DNA of 64,000 bases from Bacteroidota bacterium (GTDB lineage: Bacteria; Bacteroidota; Bacteroidia; Bacteroidales; FEN-979): the NCBI GenBank assembly GCA_016868575.1, contig VGGL01000003.1, forward strand, positions 10,162 to 74,161. The letters are read 5' to 3'. The notes under the pieces were generated by a model. It was given only the letters and a program-made list of their open reading frames with translations. It had not been told where the DNA came from and searched no databases. Numbering within the stretch: position 1 is the stretch's first letter; each line of letters begins with the position of its first letter. Positions 8,231 to 18,584 of this stretch are shown here, in pieces. Both the position numbers and the translations under genes were made by a program.

Positions 8231-10186
8231 GTGAAGCGAAAATGGGTACAGATTCAGGGTAGCATTTACACTGTTCTACTTGCCAGGACAGGGTTTGTTT
8301 TTCTCCTTTTTGTGCTGTCGCGTATCCTGATCTACATTTTTAACACCGATTTCTTCAACGAGATCTCAGGTTGGCAACTTGCTCGGATCCTGTTCTATGG
8401 GTTGCGTTTTGACCTTTCAGGATTTTTAATGCTAAACCTGTTCTATCTCGTGATGATGTTGTTTCCCTATCCCTTGTACAGGCATAAATGGTATCACGGC
8501 TTACTGAATGGTTACTTTGGTTTGGCTAACATCCTCGGCCTGATGGTGAATTTCATCGACATCGTATATTTCCGCTTTACAATGAAAAGGATGACTGCCG
8601 ATATCTTTGATTACATGGGTGTCGGAGGCGATTTTTCAGAGCTCGTTCCACAGTTCCTGATCGACTTTTGGTTCCCGATCCTGATTTGGCTCTTTTTTTC
8701 CGTATTGGTCATTTTCATCATTATAACTGTTCGGATCGAACCGGAAACAAAGAATATCCATACGATCCGTGGATATCTGTTACGCGCGGTGTTGTGGATT
8801 TCAGTGATATTGCTTGGGATCGTCGGGATTCGCGGCGGTTTTCAATACAGGCCGATCAGCATCATCACAGCTTCCGGGTATGCCCCGGCCAAATATATAC
8901 CGGCAGTGATCAATACTCCTTTCTCTATTCTCCGGACAATGGGTGAGAAGGGATTAAAACCCTTGAACCATTTCAAAGACGAAGAAACCTTGAATAGGAT
9001 CTATTCCCCTGTTCATATGCCTGAACCAGGTGTATCCTTCACACCCATGAATGTCATGATCATCATCATGGAAAGCCTTTCATTGGAGCATGTTGGGGTA
9101 TATAATCACCATTTGAAAGATGGAAAATACCAGGGTTTCACCCCATTTTTAGACAGCTTAAGTCAGCATTGTCTGTGTTTCAGGGGATATGCAAATGGCA
9201 AGGAATCAATAGCCGGTATTCCTTCAGTGGTATCGGGCATCCCTTCCCTGATGAACAAGCCATATATCACCTCTCCTTACACAGCCAACGAATACAAGGG
9301 ATTGGCAGACATTTTAAAGGAGAAAGGTTATACAACAGCCTTCTTTCATGGCGGATACAACGGTACCATGGGTTTTGACAACTTTGCCCGCTCAGTAGGA
9401 TTTGAAAGGTACCTGGGCATGAGTGAATACAACAATTTGTCGGATTATGATGGGAAATGGGGAATATTTGATGAACCTTTCTTTCAATTTACCCTGCAGG
9501 AGATCGACGCCATGAAATCACCGTTCCTGGCATGCCTGTTCTCTCTTTCCTCTCACCACCCCTATACTATTCCGAAAAAATACGCAGGGGTATTCAGAAA
9601 AGGAGACATTCCGGTACAAGAGACCATCATGTATGCAGATCATGCCCTTCAGCAATTTTTCAAGAAGGCACAGCAGTCGGAATGGTTTAATAACACCCTG
9701 TTTGTTATTACCGCTGATCATACTTCCGAGAGCTATTTCCCTTTTTATGAAAGTACGCTTGGAAGCTTTCAGATACCGATCATGTACTATGTTCCAGCCG
9801 ACAGTTTAGCTGGTTTTTCAAAAGCGATTACACAGCAGATTGACATCTTCCCTTCCATTCTTGATTACCTGGGTTACGAAAAGCCATATTTCGCTTTCGG
9901 GAGCAGTGTCTTTAAAGAAGATGAGCCCCGGTTTGCGATCGTTTACAAATCGGGTCAGTACATGATGGTAAAAGATAGCCAGGCTTATTTCTTCTCAACT
10001 GAAGAACCTATCGCATTGTATCATCTTCAACCAGATAGTTTGTTGGTTCACAATATGCTGGATAAAGATCCCGTTGCACATGATCCGATCGTAGAATTCT
10101 CCAGGGCCTTTATTCAGCAGTATAATAACCGGATGATTGAAAACCGGATCAGTATAAACCATCATGGAAATACAGGAAGAAAATAA
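8231..10186 (+). CDS. LTA-synthase / sulfatase-like (alkaline-phosphatase superfamily) membrane protein
   Basis: Five or so N-terminal TM helices, then an extracytoplasmic sulfatase-type domain (MNVMIIIMESLS…, TADH). The GTG start is uncertain. Confidence 0.8.
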   Translation: MKRKWVQIQGSIYTVLLARTGFVFLLFVLSRILIYIFNTDFFNEISGWQLARILFYGLRFDLSGFLMLNLFYLVMMLFPYPLYRHKWYHGLLNGYFGLANILGLMVNFIDIVYFRFTMKRMTADIFDYMGVGGDFSELVPQFLIDFWFPILIWLFFSVLVIFIIITVRIEPETKNIHTIRGYLLRAVLWISVILLGIVGIRGGFQYRPISIITASGYAPAKYIPAVINTPFSILRTMGEKGLKPLNHFKDEETLNRIYSPVHMPEPGVSFTPMNVMIIIMESLSLEHVGVYNHHLKDGKYQGFTPFLDSLSQHCLCFRGYANGKESIAGIPSVVSGIPSLMNKPYITSPYTANEYKGLADILKEKGYTTAFFHGGYNGTMGFDNFARSVGFERYLGMSEYNNLSDYDGKWGIFDEPFFQFTLQEIDAMKSPFLACLFSLSSHHPYTIPKKYAGVFRKGDIPVQETIMYADHALQQFFKKAQQSEWFNNTLFVITADHTSESYFPFYESTLGSFQIPIMYYVPADSLAGFSKAITQQIDIFPSILDYLGYEKPYFAFGSSVFKEDEPRFAIVYKSGQYMMVKDSQAYFFSTEEPIALYHLQPDSLLVHNMLDKDPVAHDPIVEFSRAFIQQYNNRMIENRISINHHGNTGRK

Positions 10187-11057
10187 AACCCGGATCGTTT
10201 TCATCATCAACCCCTTTTCCGGTATCCGAAAACGCAGAAAAGTGGAAAATGTAATCATGTCTCACCTTGATTTCACGAAGTATGCACCGGAAATGGCATA
10301 TACGGAGAGACCTGGGCACGCAACAGAAATTTGCCGCGAAGCCATCGAAAAAGGGGCAGGAATGGTTGTGGCAGTAGGAGGAGATGGCTCCGTTAACGAG
10401 GTGGCAAAAGCTTTGGCAAATACAGATATCCCGCTGGGTATTATCCCTTCAGGTTCCGGAAATGGTCTTGCTCACCACCTCCATATTCCCCTGAGTATAA
10501 GAAAGGCGATCCACGTATTGAATAGGAGACATATCATTACCATCGATACGGCCACCTTTGGCGAAAATCTTTTCTTCAGCGTTGCAGGAGTCGGTTTTGA
10601 TGCCCATGTCGCCAAGAGATACTCCCAGGTTTCCAGGCGGGGTTTTTTTTCCTATTTTGGGATCACCATCAAGGAATACAGGAAATACAAGCCCGGAAAT
10701 TACCGGCTGATGATTGACGGCCGGTTGATTGAGCGGCGTGCCCTGTTTATCACTTTTGCCAACTCCGATCAGTTTGGATATCGGACCGTAATTGCGCCGG
10801 ACGCCCGAGCGGATGATGGCTTGCTCGATGTCTGCATTGTGTCGAAAATTCCTTTTTTCAAAATCTTTTTACTTTCACCTCTTCTATTTCTGAAAAAAAT
10901 CCATAAAACGAGGTATGTCGAGATCTTCAAGGCAAAAGAAGTTCATCTTGTAAGGAAAAAAGGAAAATCGGTAAACCTGGATGGAGAATGGATCAAATCA
11001 GGAAAAGAGATCGATATCCGGGTGCATCCGGCTTCCCTGCGGGTTGTGGTTCCATAG
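10164..11057 (+). CDS. diacylglycerol-kinase-family lipid kinase (YegS/BmrU-like)
   Basis: VAVGGDGSVNEV and IPSGSGNGLA motifs of the DAGK catalytic domain. Confidence 0.85.
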   Translation: MEIQEENKTRIVFIINPFSGIRKRRKVENVIMSHLDFTKYAPEMAYTERPGHATEICREAIEKGAGMVVAVGGDGSVNEVAKALANTDIPLGIIPSGSGNGLAHHLHIPLSIRKAIHVLNRRHIITIDTATFGENLFFSVAGVGFDAHVAKRYSQVSRRGFFSYFGITIKEYRKYKPGNYRLMIDGRLIERRALFITFANSDQFGYRTVIAPDARADDGLLDVCIVSKIPFFKIFLLSPLLFLKKIHKTRYVEIFKAKEVHLVRKKGKSVNLDGEWIKSGKEIDIRVHPASLRVVVP

Positions 11058-11105
11058 GTAGCAATGCGGTTGAGACGGGATTCAGATGAACAATGATTTT
11101 GATGA

Positions 11106-12374
11106 ATGATTATCTTTGCGCCCACGAAGATGAATATCTCCATGGAAGACCGTGTTAGTTTTCTCGAGGATTGGTTACGGGAAATGAACCTGTCAGACAC
11201 CACAGCCAACCTGATTGCAAACAGTACAGGTTTGTTGCTGATATTGGGAATTGGCTTGTTCGGATTCCTGATTGCCAGGTATATCAATGTAAGGTTTATC
11301 TCCAGGATTGTTCGAAAATCCAAAGGGAAATGGGATGATATTCTATTTGAGACCAAGGTTTTCAACCGGATGGCCTTGCTCATCCCCGGACTGATCTACT
11401 ACATCTTTTCCCCGGTCGTCATTGGGATGTATCCATTGACCTTTATGATCAGCATGATCGTGGTAAAGGTTTACCTGGTCGTTGTTTCGGTTCTCACGAT
11501 CAATGCTTTTTTTACTGCGATCTATAAGATCTACGATGAACTTGAGCTGGCGGAGGCAAAGCCGATCAAAGGGTATGTACAGATCGGCAGATTTATCCTC
11601 TATACCATTGGAGGGGTGATTGTTATTACCTCCCTGGTGGGGCAACCGGTGGGACAATGGTTAGCCGGTATTGGCGCGTTTTCAGCCATCCTTCTGCTCG
11701 TCTTCAAGGATCCTCTCCAGGGTTTTGTCGGAGGAATCCAGATAAACACCAACGACCTGCTCCGCATCGGAGATTGGATCACCATGCCTAAATTTGATGT
11801 GGATGGTGTTGTTACCGATATTTCCCTGGTGATCGTTAAGGTGCGGAATTTTGATAACACGATCTCCAGCATCCCGACGTATGCTTTCATCTCCGAGTCA
11901 TTTAAAAACTGGAGAGGCATGCAGGAATCCGGAGGCAGGAGGATTAAGCGGGCTGTTTACATAGATGTCAACAGTGTTCAGCCGGTAAATGCAGAAATCA
12001 AAAAAACCCTCCTCTCCAATAAGCTGGTATTAGCTAACCTGGCTTCAACGTTGTCGGAAATCGACGATGAAGGACTGCACATAATCCCGGATACATCCTA
12101 TTCCGAGATCTATACCAATCTTACCCTTTTCAGGGATTACATGTATAAGTACCTGAAGAATCACCCCGGGATCAATTTTGAGATGGGGCTGATGATCCGG
12201 GCCCTTCCGGTCACAGAGTACGGAATACCCGTTGAGGTTTATGCTTTTTCGCGGGTAAAGGTTTGGGAAGGGTATGAAGAAGCATGGGCACATATCCTGG
12301 ATCAGATCCTGGTCGTTCTTCCGTTGTTCAATCTTCGATTATTTCAGCGCCCTTCTGGGATGGACATTCACTAA
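11106..12374 (+). CDS. mechanosensitive ion channel family protein (MscS-like)
   Basis: Multi-TM N-terminus, then an MscS beta-domain signature (RIGDWITM…[20 protein letters not shown]). Confidence 0.85.
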   Translation: MIIFAPTKMNISMEDRVSFLEDWLREMNLSDTTANLIANSTGLLLILGIGLFGFLIARYINVRFISRIVRKSKGKWDDILFETKVFNRMALLIPGLIYYIFSPVVIGMYPLTFMISMIVVKVYLVVVSVLTINAFFTAIYKIYDELELAEAKPIKGYVQIGRFILYTIGGVIVITSLVGQPVGQWLAGIGAFSAILLLVFKDPLQGFVGGIQINTNDLLRIGDWITMPKFDVDGVVTDISLVIVKVRNFDNTISSIPTYAFISESFKNWRGMQESGGRRIKRAVYIDVNSVQPVNAEIKKTLLSNKLVLANLASTLSEIDDEGLHIIPDTSYSEIYTNLTLFRDYMYKYLKNHPGINFEMGLMIRALPVTEYGIPVEVYAFSRVKVWEGYEEAWAHILDQILVVLPLFNLRLFQRPSGMDIH

Positions 12375-12388
12375 TACCAAATATATTT

Positions 12389-13390
12389 ATGGCATTTAAT
12401 TTAAAAAACAGACACTTTCTTAAAGAGCTGGATTTCACTCCCGCGGAAATGAAATTTTTACTCGACCTGGCGATCGACCTGAAGAAGGCCAAGTACACCG
12501 GAACGGAACAACAAAAGCTGAAAGGGAAGAACATCGCCCTGATTTTTGAGAAGGATTCAACCCGTACCCGTTGTGCCTTTGAGGTGGCAGCATTGGATCA
12601 GGGAGCCCATGTTTCTTATATCGGACCAACCGGATCCCAGATCGGCAAGAAAGAAACAATGAAAGATACTGCCAGGGTTCTGGGCAGGATGTATGATGGC
12701 ATTGAGTACCGGGGGTATGGCCAGGATATCGTTGAAGAACTGGCAAAATACGCTGGTGTCCCTGTCTGGAATGGCCTTACAACCGAGTTCCATCCCACGC
12801 AGATACTGGCCGATTTCATGACCATGATGGAGCATACCGACAAACCACTGAACAAAATGTCGCTTTGTTTTCTGGGTGATGCCCGGAACAATGTGGCCAA
12901 CTCGTTGTTGATCGGATCGGCTAAAATGGGTATTGATTTCCGCGCCGCGGCGCCCAAGTCGGTTCAGCCTTCCAAAGAACTGGTTGCAAAGGCAAAGGAG
13001 ATTGCCAAAGAAACAGGCGCCAAGATAACGGTTACCGATGATGTGGATAAAGCTGTCAAGGGAGTTGATTTTCTTTATACGGATGTCTGGGTTTCGATGG
13101 GTGAGCCGGATGCTATCTGGGCTGAGCGGATCAAATTGCTGAAGCCTTTTCAGGTGAATAAAAAGCTGGTACTAAAAACCGGGAATCCAAAGGTTAAATT
13201 CCTTCATTGCCTCCCCTCATTCCATAACCGTGACACGGTGGTTGGCGAGCAGATCTATCAGAAATTCAAACTGGATGGGATGGAAGTGACGGAGGATGTG
13301 TTTGAATCACCTGCCTCCATCGTTTTTGATGAAGCCGAAAACCGCATGCATACGATCAAAGCGGTGATGGTTGCCACGCTGGGCGATTAA
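12389..13390 (+). CDS. argF: ornithine carbamoyltransferase
   Basis: [17 protein letters not shown] and HCLP motifs in a 333-aa protein. ATG at 12389; the longer ORF-track version overlaps mscS and has no support. Confidence 0.93.
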   Translation: MAFNLKNRHFLKELDFTPAEMKFLLDLAIDLKKAKYTGTEQQKLKGKNIALIFEKDSTRTRCAFEVAALDQGAHVSYIGPTGSQIGKKETMKDTARVLGRMYDGIEYRGYGQDIVEELAKYAGVPVWNGLTTEFHPTQILADFMTMMEHTDKPLNKMSLCFLGDARNNVANSLLIGSAKMGIDFRAAAPKSVQPSKELVAKAKEIAKETGAKITVTDDVDKAVKGVDFLYTDVWVSMGEPDAIWAERIKLLKPFQVNKKLVLKTGNPKVKFLHCLPSFHNRDTVVGEQIYQKFKLDGMEVTEDVFESPASIVFDEAENRMHTIKAVMVATLGD

Positions 13391-13394
13391 AAGA

Positions 13395-14072
13395 TCAATA
13401 ATCTACAGGCAGGATTTTCCCGTCTTCGCACTTCAGGGTGCAGGACGGGAATTTCTCTTTCAGGGAGTAATTGTGGGTTGCCATCATCACCGCTGTCCCG
13501 GAATGGGAGATATCAAATAAAAGATTCAGGATTCCTTCAGAAGTTTCCGGGTCCAGGTTTCCGGTGGGTTCATCCGCAAGGACGATCTCCGGATCATTGA
13601 TAAGGGCACGGGCGATCCCAACCCTTTGCTGCTCGCCACCCGATATTTGGTGGGGCATTTTAAAACCTTTTGTTTCAAGCCCTACCTTCATTAAGACTTC
13701 CTGAAGCCGGGTTTGCATTGCCCGGTGGTCTCTCCAGCCGGTAGCCTTCATCACAAATAAAAGGTTGTCGTTGATGGAACGATCAGAGAGCAATTGAAAA
13801 TCCTGGAAAACAATACCTGTTTTTCTCCGCAACAATGGGATATCCCTTCGATGCAGGCTGTGAAGTGTAAATCCTGCTACAGTGGCCTGCCCGTTGAGCA
13901 GGGGCAGATCAGCATAAAGTGTTTTAAGAAAACTACTCTTTCCACTTCCGGTTTTACCAACCAGATAGACAAATTCTCCTTTTGCCACTTGCAGGGTGAT
14001 GTTGGCCAAAATAAGGACATGCTCCTGGTGAACGGAGATCCTATCGAGATCGATGATGATATCTGATGTCAT
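13395..14072 (-). CDS. ftsE: cell division ATP-binding protein FtsE (ABC ATPase)
   Basis: Walker A GKTGSGKSS, ABC signature ISGGEQQR, Walker B ILADEPTGNLD. Length and N-terminus match FtsE. Confidence 0.85.
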   Translation of the reverse strand: MTSDIIIDLDRISVHQEHVLILANITLQVAKGEFVYLVGKTGSGKSSFLKTLYADLPLLNGQATVAGFTLHSLHRRDIPLLRRKTGIVFQDFQLLSDRSINDNLLFVMKATGWRDHRAMQTRLQEVLMKVGLETKGFKMPHQISGGEQQRVGIARALINDPEIVLADEPTGNLDPETSEGILNLLFDISHSGTAVMMATHNYSLKEKFPSCTLKCEDGKILPVDY

Positions 14073-14097
14073 GATGCAAAAGTAGGGTTTTTCAAGA

Positions 14098-14841
14098 TCA
14101 GTGTGGCCCTCTCTGTTTCACAACTTCGTAGAGGATCACCCCCGTTGCGACCGCAACATTCAGCGATGCAATGCTCCCCATAATGGGGATAGATACCGTT
14201 TGATCAGCCAGATTCAAAACAGTTGAAGAGATTCCCTCGTCCTCTGAACCCATGATGATGGCGGTTGGTTTTTGAAGATCAGCTTTGGTGAAGGCTTCTT
14301 GTGAAGAGGAATCTGTAGCAATGATGCTTATCCCGCTGTCCTTCAGATATTGAATTGCCTGTGGGAGTGCAGGTACCCGGCAAACCGGCAACGAATTCAA
14401 AGCGCCTGCCGAGGTTTTCAGAGCTTCTGAGTTCACCCTGACGGAGTTTTTCTGAGGGATGACAATGGCATCCACCCCGGCACATTCGGCCGTCCGGGCG
14501 ATAGAACCGAAGTTCCTCACATCAGTGATCCGGTCAAGCACCAGAAAAAGGGGATTTTTCCCTTCCTCAAAAACTGCTTGTACGACCTGCTCCAATGGGT
14601 AATAGGAAATCGGAGAGATGAATGCAATGACCCCCTGGTGGTTCAGCCGCGTGATCTGATTCAGTTTCTCCTCGGGAACGAACTGAAAAGGAATCTCCAC
14701 TTCATGCATCAATTGCATCAGTTCCTTGTAACCATAGCTTTTCAACCCCATCCGGATCAGTACCTTGTCGACTTCTTTGCCCGATAGGATGGCTTCCTGG
14801 ACCGGATGAATGCCAAATACGATCTCATCTCTATTTTTCAT
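14098..14841 (-). CDS. rlmB: 23S rRNA (guanosine-2'-O)-methyltransferase RlmB (SpoU/TrmH family)
   Basis: N-terminal substrate-binding domain plus SpoU motifs (LVLDRITDVRNFGSIARTA, IIMGSEDEGIS, SLNVAVA). Confidence 0.85.
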   Translation of the reverse strand: MKNRDEIVFGIHPVQEAILSGKEVDKVLIRMGLKSYGYKELMQLMHEVEIPFQFVPEEKLNQITRLNHQGVIAFISPISYYPLEQVVQAVFEEGKNPLFLVLDRITDVRNFGSIARTAECAGVDAIVIPQKNSVRVNSEALKTSAGALNSLPVCRVPALPQAIQYLKDSGISIIATDSSSQEAFTKADLQKPTAIIMGSEDEGISSTVLNLADQTVSIPIMGSIASLNVAVATGVILYEVVKQRGPH

Positions 14842-16207
14842 CTTCTTCCAATTCGTTTCCAGACTCTAATTGTGCTGATCCGGTATACTTTTCCGGAATT
14901 GCCTTGCTGACTTTCGCACCCAATTCCTTTAATTTTTCCACCCTGCTGACCAGATTTCCTTTTCCTGTTGACAGCCCGCTAACGGTTTCATTGAAAGCCA
15001 GTTTTGCATCGTCGAGTTTTTTTCCGATGCTGTCGAGGTTTTGAAGAAACAGTACGAACTTGTCATACAGCTTTCCTCCCTGCTCTGCAATCTTGAGGGC
15101 ATTCTGTGTTTGCTTTTCATGCATCCAGATGGAAGCAACCGTTCGCAGGGTGGCCAGCAAAGTTGTCGGACTGACAATCACGATCCTTTTTGCCCACGCA
15201 TCACTGAATATGGAGGAATCATGCTGTAAAGCAAGGCTGAATGACGATTCGATGGCCATGAACATCAGAACGAAATCTGGTGCATTGATCCCGGAGAGAT
15301 CATAGTATTTTTTATCACCTAATTCACGGAGATGGTTCCTGACAGAGAGCAGATGTTGCCTTAGATATTTGTCCCGCTCACTATCATCTGCTGCGGATAT
15401 GTAAGAATGATAAGCCGTAAGTGATACTTTTGAGTCGATGACGATGTGCTTTTTCTCCGGCAGGTTCACGATCACATCCGGGCGGAAGCGATCCCCTTCA
15501 TCTGTTGTGGCGCTCATCTGGACTTCATATTCAATGCCCTTTGTCAAGCCGGATGATTCCAATACTTTTTCCAGTACCAACTCTCCCCAGTTCCCTTGCT
15601 TTTTGGTGTCAGTTTTTAAAGCCAGTGTTAAGTTTTTGGCCTCTTCGCTGATCTGTTTGTTCAGATCATGCAACATCTGCAACTGCATTTTCAGGGAAGC
15701 GATGTTCTCGCTCCCTTTCACATGGGTTTCTTCTACCCGTTTTTCAAAATCCCTGATCTTTTCCTTGAGTGGGGTCAATAGATCCGTGAGGTTTTTCCGG
15801 TTCAATTCACTGAACTCCCTGGACTGGTTTTTCAGGATTGAATCGGAAAGGCTTTGAAACTCTTTGGTGAATTTCTGATGGAGATCTTCGAGCTCCTTTT
15901 TCCTTTCGATCAGAAATTCCTGGTCTTTTTTCAGGTCGGCATGGGTCAGTTCAAGTTGCTTAATTTGTTGATTTGCCGCATCAAGCAATGACTCAACCCT
16001 GGCTTTTTCTGCAGTCAGTCGGTTAAGGCGGTCATCGAGTATTCCTTTTTCCTTATCACTTTCACTCAGTTTGGCCGTCAGTAACCTTTCGGTTTCATCC
16101 ATCTGGTTCTTGGTGGTCTCTGCTTGATGATGCATCCTGAAGAATAGGATTACAGCGCCAATCAGGCAACCAACGATAAAAAATACAACCGGGATCAGGA
16201 AATCCAT
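14831..16207 (-). CDS. rmuC: DNA recombination protein RmuC
   Basis: N-terminal TM helix, a long coiled coil, and a RmuC nuclease-like C-terminal domain (…RPDVIVNLPEKKHIVIDSKVSL…). Confidence 0.88.
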   Translation of the reverse strand: MDFLIPVVFFIVGCLIGAVILFFRMHHQAETTKNQMDETERLLTAKLSESDKEKGILDDRLNRLTAEKARVESLLDAANQQIKQLELTHADLKKDQEFLIERKKELEDLHQKFTKEFQSLSDSILKNQSREFSELNRKNLTDLLTPLKEKIRDFEKRVEETHVKGSENIASLKMQLQMLHDLNKQISEEAKNLTLALKTDTKKQGNWGELVLEKVLESSGLTKGIEYEVQMSATTDEGDRFRPDVIVNLPEKKHIVIDSKVSLTAYHSYISAADDSERDKYLRQHLLSVRNHLRELGDKKYYDLSGINAPDFVLMFMAIESSFSLALQHDSSIFSDAWAKRIVIVSPTTLLATLRTVASIWMHEKQTQNALKIAEQGGKLYDKFVLFLQNLDSIGKKLDDAKLAFNETVSGLSTGKGNLVSRVEKLKELGAKVSKAIPEKYTGSAQLESGNELEEDEK

Positions 16208-16284
16208 AAACGCTTATTCATTATTCTTTTGCAAAGTAAGGAAAATATGTTGTGAGGATGACTTGAAAGCCAGAAATATGCAGC

Positions 16285-16863
16285 CTAACCAACCACCCAG
16301 TTCCTCAATATCCTTGATCCCTCAGGCGTAAGGATCGACTCCGGATGGAATTGTAATCCTTTCACATCCAGATGCTGATGCGCCACTGACATGATGATCC
16401 CATTCTCTGACCTCGAGGTGACCGAAAGAGACCCGGGAAAATCCTTTTCATCCGCAGCCCAGGAATGGTAAAGGCCGGCCTGGAAAGGACTGACAATTCC
16501 ATCAAACAAGGGTTCGTATACTTCCGTTGGATGGATCAGCGCCCGGAGTCCATGAAAAACCTGATCAAGATTGACCAGTTTTCCTCCAAAGCATGTTGTT
16601 ATTGCCTGAAGCCCGAGACAAATGCCAAGGATACTTTTCCGGGTGGAATATGTGCTGATGACCTCGTGCAAAACAGGAAAGTCATCCGGCAATCCCGGTC
16701 CCGGTGAAAGCATGATCTTATCAGCCATTTTCAATTTTTCCAGGGATACTTCTTTTGCCGGAAGAATGTCCAGGGATCCTACCGGTAATGACTTGAGAAT
16801 CTGTGCCAGGTTGAAAACAAAAGAATCTTGACAATCAATCAAAGCAATCCTGATCCGGCTCAT
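16285..16863 (-). CDS. pabA: aminodeoxychorismate/anthranilate synthase component II (glutamine amidotransferase)
   Basis: GICLGLQA nucleophile elbow and FHPES catalytic His/Glu. The start is taken at MSRIRIALID (16863); the ORF track extends to 16893. Confidence 0.85.
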   Translation of the reverse strand: MSRIRIALIDCQDSFVFNLAQILKSLPVGSLDILPAKEVSLEKLKMADKIMLSPGPGLPDDFPVLHEVISTYSTRKSILGICLGLQAITTCFGGKLVNLDQVFHGLRALIHPTEVYEPLFDGIVSPFQAGLYHSWAADEKDFPGSLSVTSRSENGIIMSVAHQHLDVKGLQFHPESILTPEGSRILRNWVVG

Positions 16864-16877
16864 GGATTTGAATAATT

Positions 16878-17876
16878 TTGCCGAAGATACCAATTCTTGT
16901 GAAGCAGGCTCAGGAATTCATTGCAAAAATGAACAGGATGGGCAAGGATCGTACCCCATTCCTTTTCATTGTTGATTTTGAAAGTAATCACCCCGAGATA
17001 TATTCCCCTGCCGAAGCTGAAAGGGAGGGGATTTTCTTCCGCATGGAGGGTAAACCACACCAGGCACAGGACTCAGGGGAAGTTGAAAAATCAGCTTTCG
17101 TCAAAGATCCTGTTTCTTTTCAACAGTATGTAAGATCGTTTGATGTGGTTAAGAAACATATCCATCATGGCAATTCATTTCTGGTCAATTTAACGCTACC
17201 CACTCCTGTCAGGATGAATGACGATTTGAAAAGCTTGTACCCGAAGGCTCATGCTCCGTTCAAGCTACTATACAAGGACAAGTTTGTGGTTTTTTCTCCT
17301 GAAATTTTTGTGAAGATCAATGAACAGGGGATCATCTCTTCTTACCCGATGAAAGGTACTATTGATGCATCCATTGAGAATGCAGCGCAGATCATCCTGT
17401 CGGATGAAAAGGAAACTGCCGAGCATGTGACGATTGTCGACCTGATAAGGAATGATTTGAGTTCCGTTGCAGGCGATGTTTATGTAAAGCGTTACAGGTA
17501 TCTGGATACGATACACACCAACTTCAAAACGCTCCTTCAGGTTAGCTCAGAGATTTGTGGCGTGCTTCCCGGCAGATGGAACGAATGCTTGGGTGACATC
17601 TTTGGGAAACTCCTGCCGGCAGGTTCGGTTAGCGGCGCTCCAAAGCAAAAAACGCTGGAGATCATCCGTCAGGCAGAAGGGATTGAGAGAGGCTGGTTTA
17701 CGGGTGTTTTTGGTTTTTTTGATGGTCTCCGTCTATCAAGCGCCGTCATGATCCGTTTTATTGAAAAGACGACCTCCGGATATCAGTTCCGGAGCGGTGG
17801 CGGGATCACCGGTTTCAGTGATCCTGAAAAGGAATACCAGGAAATGATCGATAAAGTATATGTGCCTGTTTTTTGA
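16878..17876 (+). CDS. pabB: aminodeoxychorismate synthase component I (short chorismate-binding form)
   Basis: Chorismate-binding C-terminal core (…GSVSGAPK…, GWFTGVFGFFD…, GGGIT). The start is uncertain: TTG at 16878 or ATG at 16929. Confidence 0.8.
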   Translation: MPKIPILVKQAQEFIAKMNRMGKDRTPFLFIVDFESNHPEIYSPAEAEREGIFFRMEGKPHQAQDSGEVEKSAFVKDPVSFQQYVRSFDVVKKHIHHGNSFLVNLTLPTPVRMNDDLKSLYPKAHAPFKLLYKDKFVVFSPEIFVKINEQGIISSYPMKGTIDASIENAAQIILSDEKETAEHVTIVDLIRNDLSSVAGDVYVKRYRYLDTIHTNFKTLLQVSSEICGVLPGRWNECLGDIFGKLLPAGSVSGAPKQKTLEIIRQAEGIERGWFTGVFGFFDGLRLSSAVMIRFIEKTTSGYQFRSGGGITGFSDPEKEYQEMIDKVYVPVF

Positions 17877-18474
17877 GACCATGCGGGTGGAAAATGGCAT
17901 CTTCCGGAACCTCGAAAATCATCTGGAAAGGATGAACCGGACGAGGAGGGAGGTGTTGGGGTTGAGAGAAGGGATTGACTGGTCGGTGGTGAGTGGTGAG
18001 TGGTTAGTGGTCAGTGGTCAGAAGACGAGGGAAGAGCCGGGTGTTATTAAGTGCAGGGTGGTTTATGGGAGGAAGATTGAAAAGGTTTCCTTTGAGCCAT
18101 ATGTCAGGAAGAGAATCGATCATCTTGCTCTTGTTCATGCTGATGAGTTGGAATACCCATATAAATACCTTGACAGATCATCTTTTGAGCGGATTCTATG
18201 TACGCAAAAGGGGGCTGATGATGTACTGATCATTAAAAATGGACTGGTCACCGACACTTCTTTCACCAATGTGGCTTTTCTGAAGGGAAAGAGGTGGTAT
18301 ACTCCGGCCAAACCGTTATTGCCGGGAACGCAGCGGCAGTTTTTACTGGACCAGGGCTTGCTCGAAGTGACCGACATTGGTTTATCAGACATCCCATCCT
18401 TCTCTAAAGTGATGTTATTCAATGCGATGTTCGGATTTGGTGAGATGGAAATTCCAATCGGGAAAATAATATGA
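17860..18474 (+). CDS. pabC: aminodeoxychorismate lyase (class IV aminotransferase fold)
   Basis: A ~200-aa PabC-like protein downstream of pabB, overlapping it by 17 nt. It contains the heptamer-repeat-encoded insert at 17980-18021. Confidence 0.8.
   Translation: MCLFFETMRVENGIFRNLENHLERMNRTRREVLGLREGIDWSVVSGEWLVVSGQKTREEPGVIKCRVVYGRKIEKVSFEPYVRKRIDHLALVHADELEYPYKYLDRSSFERILCTQKGADDVLIIKNGLVTDTSFTNVAFLKGKRWYTPAKPLLPGTQRQFLLDQGLLEVTDIGLSDIPSFSKVMLFNAMFGFGEMEIPIGKII
17980..18021 (+). repeat. six tandem heptamers TGGTNRG (tggtcgg tggtgag tggtgag tggttag tggtcag tggtcag) inside the pabC coding sequence
   Basis: Read directly from the sequence. 42 bp = 14 codons encoding WSVVSGEWLVVSGQ. Confidence 0.9.
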
Positions 18475-18483
18475 CATCGGTCG

Positions 18484-18515
18484 GGGTCGGGGCGATTCAT
18501 GAATCACCCCGACCC
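18484..18515. terminator. GC-rich 16-bp palindromic hairpin between the convergent pabC and DUF4293 genes
   Basis: GGGTCGGGGCGATTCA/TGAATCACCCCGACCC with one mismatch, centred on GATTCATGAATC. The T-runs are weak, so terminator function is inferred from position. Confidence 0.5.
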
Positions 18516-18520
18516 TCGCC

Positions 18521-18584
18521 ATTTTACTATTTCACCATTTCACCATTTCGCTACTTCGCTATTTCGCTACTTCGCTACTTATCT
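18521..18584. repeat. eight tandem octamers (attttact atttcacc atttcacc atttcgct acttcgct atttcgct acttcgct acttatct)
   Basis: Read directly. The last unit overlaps the stop codon of the DUF4293 gene at 18579. Confidence 0.9.

Noticed and set aside
17980-18584. Short tandem repeats considered as a possible CRISPR array (also 36561-36635 and 38104-38622)
   Set aside because: The units are 7-21 bp and lie directly head to tail without spacers. There are no cas genes in the window. These are simple tandem repeats, not CRISPR.
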